Assembly: GCA_903898755.1 (NCBI GenBank) | Contig: CAIUGT010000125.1 | Coordinates: forward strand, 2,386 to 66,385 | DNA: 64,000 nucleotides | Source of the DNA: an uncultured bacterium | GTDB lineage: Bacteria > Planctomycetota > Phycisphaerae > Phycisphaerales > SM1A02 | Direction: 5' to 3' | Shown here: positions 62,535 through 64,000 of the stretch, in pieces | How positions within the stretch are numbered: position 1 is the first letter of the stretch | Layout: every line of letters starts with the position of its first letter | Notes under the pieces: generated by a model | Database searches by the model: none | Told to the model about the DNA's origin: nothing | The model's input: the letters and a program-made list of their open reading frames with translations, nothing else | Translations under genes and position numbers: made by a program

Positions 62535-64000
62535 TTAACAGTTTGGAAAGGCTTGGGGTCTCAGTTCAGTCTGAGTCATAGCTCCGCTTTCTAATCGAAA
62601 TAATCGATCGCAATGTTCTACAGTACTAAGGCGGTGGGCGACAATAAGAATAGTTTTCGTTCCACGAAGAGCGGTAATGGCGTCCATGACACCCTGCTCG
62701 GTTTCGGTATCAAGTGCGCTAGTTGCTTCATCAAGCACAAGCACGCTGGGGTCGTTATAAAGTGCGCGAGCAATACCAATGCGCTGACGCTGACCGCCCG
62801 AAAGCCGAATTCCGCGCTCGCCGACAATAGTTTCGATACCAGAGGGAAGCGTGCCTACAAAACCTTCAAGTTGCGCGGAGCAAATTGCGCGGGCAACGGC
62901 CTTATTATCGATCTTGTCATCAGCAAGGCCAAAGGCAACATTGCGCCGCAACGAATCGTCGGTTAGATAAATGGACTGAGGTACATAGCCAATTTGATTT
63001 TGCCAGCCGCGCAGATTGTTCTGGATGTCACTGTTGTTCACCAGAATTGTTCCAGCACTTGGTGTTAATAGACCCAACACGACATCGACCAAAGTGCTTT
63101 TGCCAGATCCACTTGGACCAATAAACCCAACAGTCTCGCCTCGGCGAATTGTCAGCGAAACATTGGTCAGTGCAGGGACCTGTGCCTGTGGATAGACGAA
63201 TGTTAAGCCAGTAATTTCAATTTCCTTCCAAAACTTATACGCAGCACTGTCATTGGAAACCGTTGTTGGAGCAAGAGGCGCAAGATCAAGCTCGTTATAA
63301 ATTGTTTCAATTGTAATTTTTCCAAAACGTAGTGACTGCATCGCTCCGAGTAGGCGATTCACCGCAGGCATGAGTCGAAATGCGGCGATAGCAAATAGAC
63401 CTAAAGTTGGTCCGATGCTTGCCAATGGTCGACCTTGTGCAATCATTAGGATCACGAGCCCTGAGAGGGCCATGATTGCTAATAATTCGAGCCAAAGACG
63501 CGGAAATTGTTGAAGCGTTAATTGGTTTTGAAGGACTCGAGCGCTTTCGTTGCTGTGCAAGCTGTAATTCCGAATAAATTCATATTCGCGACCACTTAAT
63601 TTTATTTCTTTGGCTCCACCAAGGCCTTGTTGAAGATGTTGGAGTCTGAGTTGTTCGTGGAACTTTCGTTCTGTGCCCCAATTTGAAATACGCGTACGAG
63701 TGGTTCTATGAAAAAAATATGCTGCAATCGTCAAGATGAAAGCAATGAGTATTGCACCAAGCGGTTCCATTGTTAGAAGAAGCACCGCTAATCCAAGAAA
63801 CACAAAACACTCTCCAAGTGTTGTTATCAGAGGCAGTATTGTGTTGAATGTCAAAAGTTGAGTTTCGGCAGTCGCGATGTGGATGAGATCTGACGAATTT
63901 CTCTGAAGGTGAAATGTATAGGGTTGGCCAAGGTAGGTTTTAAATAGTCTTTGCGAAAGTTCGGCTTGGGTTCCAAACGCAAATTGAAATTGGCTCCACC
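62535..64000 (-). CDS. ABC transporter, fused permease/ATPase (MsbA/PglK-like), 5' end beyond the window
   Basis: Walker A is GPSGSGKST, the signature is LSGGQRQR and Walker B is LVLDEATSALD. The minus-strand frame stays open from the ORF-track TTG (63854) to base 63998, and reads ...LSQRLFKTYLGQPYTFHLQRNSSDLIHIATAE..., so the gene continues upstream of the window. Confidence 0.85.
   Translation of the reverse strand, partial: WSQFQFAFGTQAELSQRLFKTYLGQPYTFHLQRNSSDLIHIATAETQLLTFNTILPLITTLGECFVFLGLAVLLLTMEPLGAILIAFILTIAAYFFHRTTRTRISNWGTERKFHEQLRLQHLQQGLGGAKEIKLSGREYEFIRNYSLHSNESARVLQNQLTLQQFPRLWLELLAIMALSGLVILMIAQGRPLASIGPTLGLFAIAAFRLMPAVNRLLGAMQSLRFGKITIETIYNELDLAPLAPTTVSNDSAAYKFWKEIEITGLTFVYPQAQVPALTNVSLTIRRGETVGFIGPSGSGKSTLVDVVLGLLTPSAGTILVNNSDIQNNLRGWQNQIGYVPQSIYLTDDSLRRNVAFGLADDKIDNKAVARAICSAQLEGFVGTLPSGIETIVGERGIRLSGGQRQRIGIARALYNDPSVLVLDEATSALDTETEQGVMDAITALRGTKTILIVAHRLSTVEHCDRLFRLESGAMTQTELRPQAFPNC

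Noticed and set aside
63852-63854. TTG start proposed by the ORF track for the ABC transporter
   Set aside because: The frame stays open to the window edge, and the upstream translation is typical ABC membrane-domain sequence. The gene is therefore 5'-partial.
35169-64000. The glycan cluster as a horizontally acquired island
   Set aside because: I found no integrase, transposase, flanking tRNA or direct repeats. Two 60-nt spot counts of G+C (32/60 at 12001, 30/60 at 45001) show no clear shift. A proper k-mer or GC-skew analysis would be needed.
1-64000. Defence systems, toxin-antitoxin pairs, prophage or secretion-system genes
   Set aside because: I looked for nuclease, helicase, methylase-restriction, Cas, integrase and phage structural signatures in all ORFs of 60 aa or more, and found none.

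Overview
This is a 64-kb chromosomal window with about 60 protein genes. I found no rRNA or tRNA genes, CRISPR arrays, transposases or integrases. All family calls come from reading motifs in the supplied translations and DNA; no searches were run.

Layout:
1. 1-9.7 kb (+): envelope genes. These are a partial TSUP exporter, a PEP-CTERM protein, a carbamoyltransferase / DUF5989-like / SxtJ-like / SGNH-helical-repeat cassette, an OprO/P-like porin, YitT and a CMD-family protein.
2. 9.9-20.4 kb (+): one tightly coupled operon. It encodes a RIC di-iron protein, a Tat-exported NarG/NxrA-sized molybdoenzyme alpha subunit, a NarH-like beta, an EB_dh haem-b gamma, a TorD/NarJ chaperone, a membrane-anchored dihaem cytochrome c, an uncharacterised 607-aa protein and PdxH.
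3. 20.4-30 kb: a complete cbb3 oxidase locus on the minus strand (ccoNO fusion, ccoQ-like, monohaem ccoP, ccoG, fixH, DsbD_2-like, ccoI, and a ccoS that is missing from the ORF track), with a divergent Rrf2 regulator.
4. 30-35 kb: an unknown lipoprotein coupled to an orphan PstS-like binding protein, and a secreted protein with a dockerin-like tail.
5. 35-64 kb: a ~29-kb glycan cluster, almost entirely on the minus strand. It holds a PglE/D/C-like priming module, an acetamidino module (WbpG-like plus HisH/HisF paralogues), two AsnB-like amidotransferases, glycosyltransferases, methyltransferases, a Wzy-like protein, a KpsS-like protein, pseBCFGI, and a 5'-partial MsbA/PglK-like ABC transporter.

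The best candidates for something new are:
- the periplasmic NXR/NAR-like operon, which has a C-x3-D-x3-C FS0 motif and no quinol-oxidising subunit;
- the 607-aa protein translationally coupled to that operon, which has faint nitronate-monooxygenase/FabK-like motifs;
- the carbamoyltransferase-SxtJ cassette, whose function is unknown;
- the pse locus, where a formyltransferase-like gene sits in the usual PseH position.

Several features suggest a PVC-type lineage (Planctomycetota or Verrucomicrobiota): the PAPG-type PEP-CTERM tag, the dockerin-like tail and the ccoNO fusion. That is only an inference.
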